This document shows, piece after piece, positions 61,718 to 64,000 of a DNA stretch of 64,000 nucleotides. The stretch covers positions 246 to 64,245 of the forward strand of contig MGPE01000009.1 of assembly GCA_001797335.1 (NCBI GenBank). The letters run 5' to 3'. Below the pieces are notes generated by a model. It was not told the DNA's origin. It saw only the letters and a list, made by a program, of their open reading frames with translations, and did not search any database. Position 1 is the first letter of the stretch. The number at the start of each line of letters is the position of its first letter. This DNA comes from Deltaproteobacteria bacterium GWA2_38_16 (GTDB lineage Bacteria > Bdellovibrionota > JACOXK01 > 2-02-FULL-40-11). A program made the position numbers and the translations under genes.

Positions 61718-62926
61718 ATGCGTAACTTATTCTATAGTGGACTTTTAATAATGAGCCTGCTCTCACCCACTTTTGCTGGAGATAAAGTAGGCAATGGGGG
61801 AGGCGCTGTTGTTTGTAGAAGTTTGACTGATAACAGCGTTTTTTCTTCAGAATTACTTGATTTATGGGAAGGTAAAGAATTCCTTGATCTTTCCATACCA
61901 GAATCATCAAAAGAGGTGAATGAACAGCATTTGTCTGCATTAGAGGTAATAAGAAATGTAGGAAAACCAGAGAAAAAGTTGTCTGACAAAAATCTTCTTA
62001 ATTCTATAAGTGATTTCACAGAAAGAATTTATTTAGATATTTTAGAGGCCACTCGTCATATCGATAATTCAACAAGCGATCTGCCTTTGGATATGGGTAT
62101 CAATTTAACCAATGATATTTATGCAGTCTACTATAAGAAGACATTACGAAGTATGAGCACGCCGAACCTTCGATGTGGATTAGAGATGGTGGCATATTAT
62201 AGGCCAGATGGCACTTTAGAGAGAGACACTGAAATCTATGACCATTTTACGTTAACCAGTAAAGCCGCTTTAAAAACACACGAATCTATTTACAAGGCAG
62301 CCCGAGAATTTTCAACCTTTGCTCATGGAAAGAAAAAAGTTTTAAATGATTCAAGAGACGTTAGAGAACTTGTTGCGTATTTATATTCTCAAGAACCAGA
62401 CCAGGGTAAAATTTTAAATAGTCTTCACGCTCTCTTCGGTTATCGCCCAACTGAGCAGAAATATGTTGATGTTAAACCCGATGATCATCAAGAAACAAAT
62501 CTCAGGATCTCAATTCTTACATCCAAAAGTCTCGAAAAAGGGGGATTTATAGATAGTTTTATAGATCGAGAAAGTTTAAGGGGAGTCCAACTCGGTTACA
62601 ATGCTTATTTATATGATGAAACACGCTCAAATCCTGTTAAAATTTCTGGGGCAACATTAGATTCAAAACAGAATCCAAAAGAACGCTTTTTGTTGTCTCA
62701 AAACATACAGGACTTACGTCATAAAATAATCTATATTGAGGGTTTTTTCTCACCTCGTCGTAATGCAACTGAGTACCTGAGAGAAGACTCGATAGAAATG
62801 ACCGTTGCGGTAAAACTTGAATTATTGGGTAACAATGATGTCGTTTTGGCGGAGAGGTCTGGCACATTAATCTTTTCAACAAATACGCTTGAACCCTTTG
62901 TCATGCTTTTCTGTGAACTATATTGA
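61718..62926 (+). CDS. Secreted paralog 2. Same leader as paralog 1, divergent body.
   Basis: AAGGAGGTAAATAATATGCGTAACTTATTCTATA 5' region near-identical to paralogs 1 and 3. MRNLFYSGLLIMSLLSPTFAGDKVGNGGGAVVCR. Shared internal motif AALKTHESIYKAAREF versus AALILHEIIYEEALEF in paralog 1. Confidence 0.75.
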   Translation: MRNLFYSGLLIMSLLSPTFAGDKVGNGGGAVVCRSLTDNSVFSSELLDLWEGKEFLDLSIPESSKEVNEQHLSALEVIRNVGKPEKKLSDKNLLNSISDFTERIYLDILEATRHIDNSTSDLPLDMGINLTNDIYAVYYKKTLRSMSTPNLRCGLEMVAYYRPDGTLERDTEIYDHFTLTSKAALKTHESIYKAAREFSTFAHGKKKVLNDSRDVRELVAYLYSQEPDQGKILNSLHALFGYRPTEQKYVDVKPDDHQETNLRISILTSKSLEKGGFIDSFIDRESLRGVQLGYNAYLYDETRSNPVKISGATLDSKQNPKERFLLSQNIQDLRHKIIYIEGFFSPRRNATEYLREDSIEMTVAVKLELLGNNDVVLAERSGTLIFSTNTLEPFVMLFCELY

Positions 62927-62942
62927 AGAGGAGGTAAATAAT

Positions 62943-64000
62943 ATGCGTAACTTATTTTATATAGGACTTTTAATAATGGGCCTCATCTCACCCACCTTTG
63001 CGGGAGATAAAGTGGGAAATGGGGGGGATGGCACGGCTTTGGAATTTAAGCATATAGCAATGGATTTGTATGATTACTTTAAAACTCTCCCTCCAGCTAT
63101 GTTACCTGAAAAAATGCAAGATATAGACCTTCTTGTATTTAAAAACTTTATAGATAATCTCAATGTTACTTCCAAGGCGCAATTTGATCCACCCCATGAA
63201 AATTTCACTGCTATGAATTTTAGTTACCCTCATGAAACAGATTTGGAAGGAGGACAAATTATTATCAATAGAAGTCGGTGGAGTGAAGAAACTCAAAAGA
63301 AAGCTGTTGTTTTGCATGAATTATTGGGATTGATGGGGAAAGATAGAAAATACGACGTGTCTCATGAGTTTGTAAATACCATCGTAGATAATGAAGCAGC
63401 CTTTTCTCAGATCTATGATCTTATACAGGGGATAAGATCAGCACACGGATTTTTTGAAACGGCCATGAGTTATTTTCAAAGTGTGCATAGCGGTAAAGCA
63501 TCGGAACTTACTCATCAATTGATGTGGACACATCCAAACAAAACGGCCATGAGTGAAATGCCAAAGAGAGAGGCCTTAGAAATGATCGAGCTATTTCAAG
63601 GTGGAGCTAGAGAGTATAAAACTTTTTATGAACAGTCATTTCAATTACAACATAGTATTTTGAGTTTGGCTTTAACCCTAATAGATTTAGAGGTATATCC
63701 AGAAATTCAAGCTGCTAAAAAAGCGTTGATTTGGGATGAAACTGTTGTTCCTGACCTTTTTTCTAGATGGGATAATGGAATGCAACTATACCTTAATCAA
63801 TTTAACAATACAGTCAGTGATACCGTTATGATTGATGTCAGACAATATACCCATGATCTTTGGGAATGGGTTCACTTGATCCATGAAATAAGAAATAGAG
63901 TGATGTCTTATTCAAAGCTTGTGACCGAGTTATATAATAGCCTTCCTGTTATAGAAAGTCGTCTTTATAAAACTGCTATTTTAAGTGGAGAATATCCAAA
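62943..64000 (+). CDS. Secreted paralog 3. Partial: it continues beyond the window end.
   Basis: Same RBS and leader (MRNLFYIGLLIMGLISPTFAGDKVGNGGDG). Open frame verified by eye to position 64000. Contains AVVLHELLGLMG. Not in the ORF track because no stop falls within the window. Confidence 0.7.
   Translation, partial: MRNLFYIGLLIMGLISPTFAGDKVGNGGDGTALEFKHIAMDLYDYFKTLPPAMLPEKMQDIDLLVFKNFIDNLNVTSKAQFDPPHENFTAMNFSYPHETDLEGGQIIINRSRWSEETQKKAVVLHELLGLMGKDRKYDVSHEFVNTIVDNEAAFSQIYDLIQGIRSAHGFFETAMSYFQSVHSGKASELTHQLMWTHPNKTAMSEMPKREALEMIELFQGGAREYKTFYEQSFQLQHSILSLALTLIDLEVYPEIQAAKKALIWDETVVPDLFSRWDNGMQLYLNQFNNTVSDTVMIDVRQYTHDLWEWVHLIHEIRNRVMSYSKLVTELYNSLPVIESRLYKTAILSGEYP

Overview
A 64-kb AT-rich bacterial chromosomal window from what looks like a diderm organism: it encodes outer-membrane beta-barrel candidates, a PilD prepilin peptidase and a sigma54-dependent regulator. 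Gene content is consistent with a Bdellovibrionota-like or deltaproteobacterial-like lineage, but I cannot confirm this without a database search.

Layout, in order along the window:
- (i) A partial ligA on the minus strand (1-793), followed by a secreted outer-membrane protein candidate carrying one CxxCH motif.
- (ii) A complete, tightly packed dcw cell-wall and division cluster on the minus strand, 19038 down to 2581. Transcription order is rsmH-ftsL-ftsI-murE-murF-mraY-murD-ftsW-murG-murC-murB-ftsQ-ftsA-ftsZ. mraZ and ddl are absent, and FtsI carries a C-terminal PASTA domain.
- (iii) A roughly 15-kb glycan-biosynthesis locus (19.2-34.5 kb). It holds GT4 and GT2 glycosyltransferases, a Wzm/Wzt-type ABC exporter, an NAD-dependent epimerase/dehydratase, polytopic membrane proteins and a TPR plus beta-barrel protein. 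A DUF4143-type AAA ATPase gene in this locus looks like a later insertion.
- (iv) ribF, a membrane-anchored GT2, a PilS/PilR-like sensor kinase plus sigma54 regulator, pilD, a SAM-dependent methyltransferase, a parvulin PPIase, a MATE transporter and mfd.
- (v) A DsbA-like oxidoreductase, a Phd/YefM-VapC toxin-antitoxin pair and a secreted alpha/beta hydrolase.
- (vi) A nuo operon encoding only the seven hydrophobic membrane-arm subunits, nuoA-H-J-K-L-M-N.
- (vii) An HTH protein followed by a tandem array of at least three paralogous secreted-protein genes. These share a near-identical RBS, signal peptide and GDKVGNGG leader, and are otherwise divergent.

Repeats and elements worth a second look:
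- A GC-rich, nested-palindromic element of about 165 bp inserted in frame inside ftsI.
- A 27-bp perfect inverted repeat filling the gap between two convergent genes.
- A four-copy REP-like hairpin family, GGATYCCCGC-N4-5-GCGGGGATGAC, sitting directly at gene boundaries. One copy encodes the last residues of NuoA.
- Direct repeats of about 47 bp bracketing the AAA ATPase gene.
- A 21-bp tandem repeat in the ligA / outer-membrane-protein divergent promoter region.

No rRNA, tRNA or CRISPR array was recognised.
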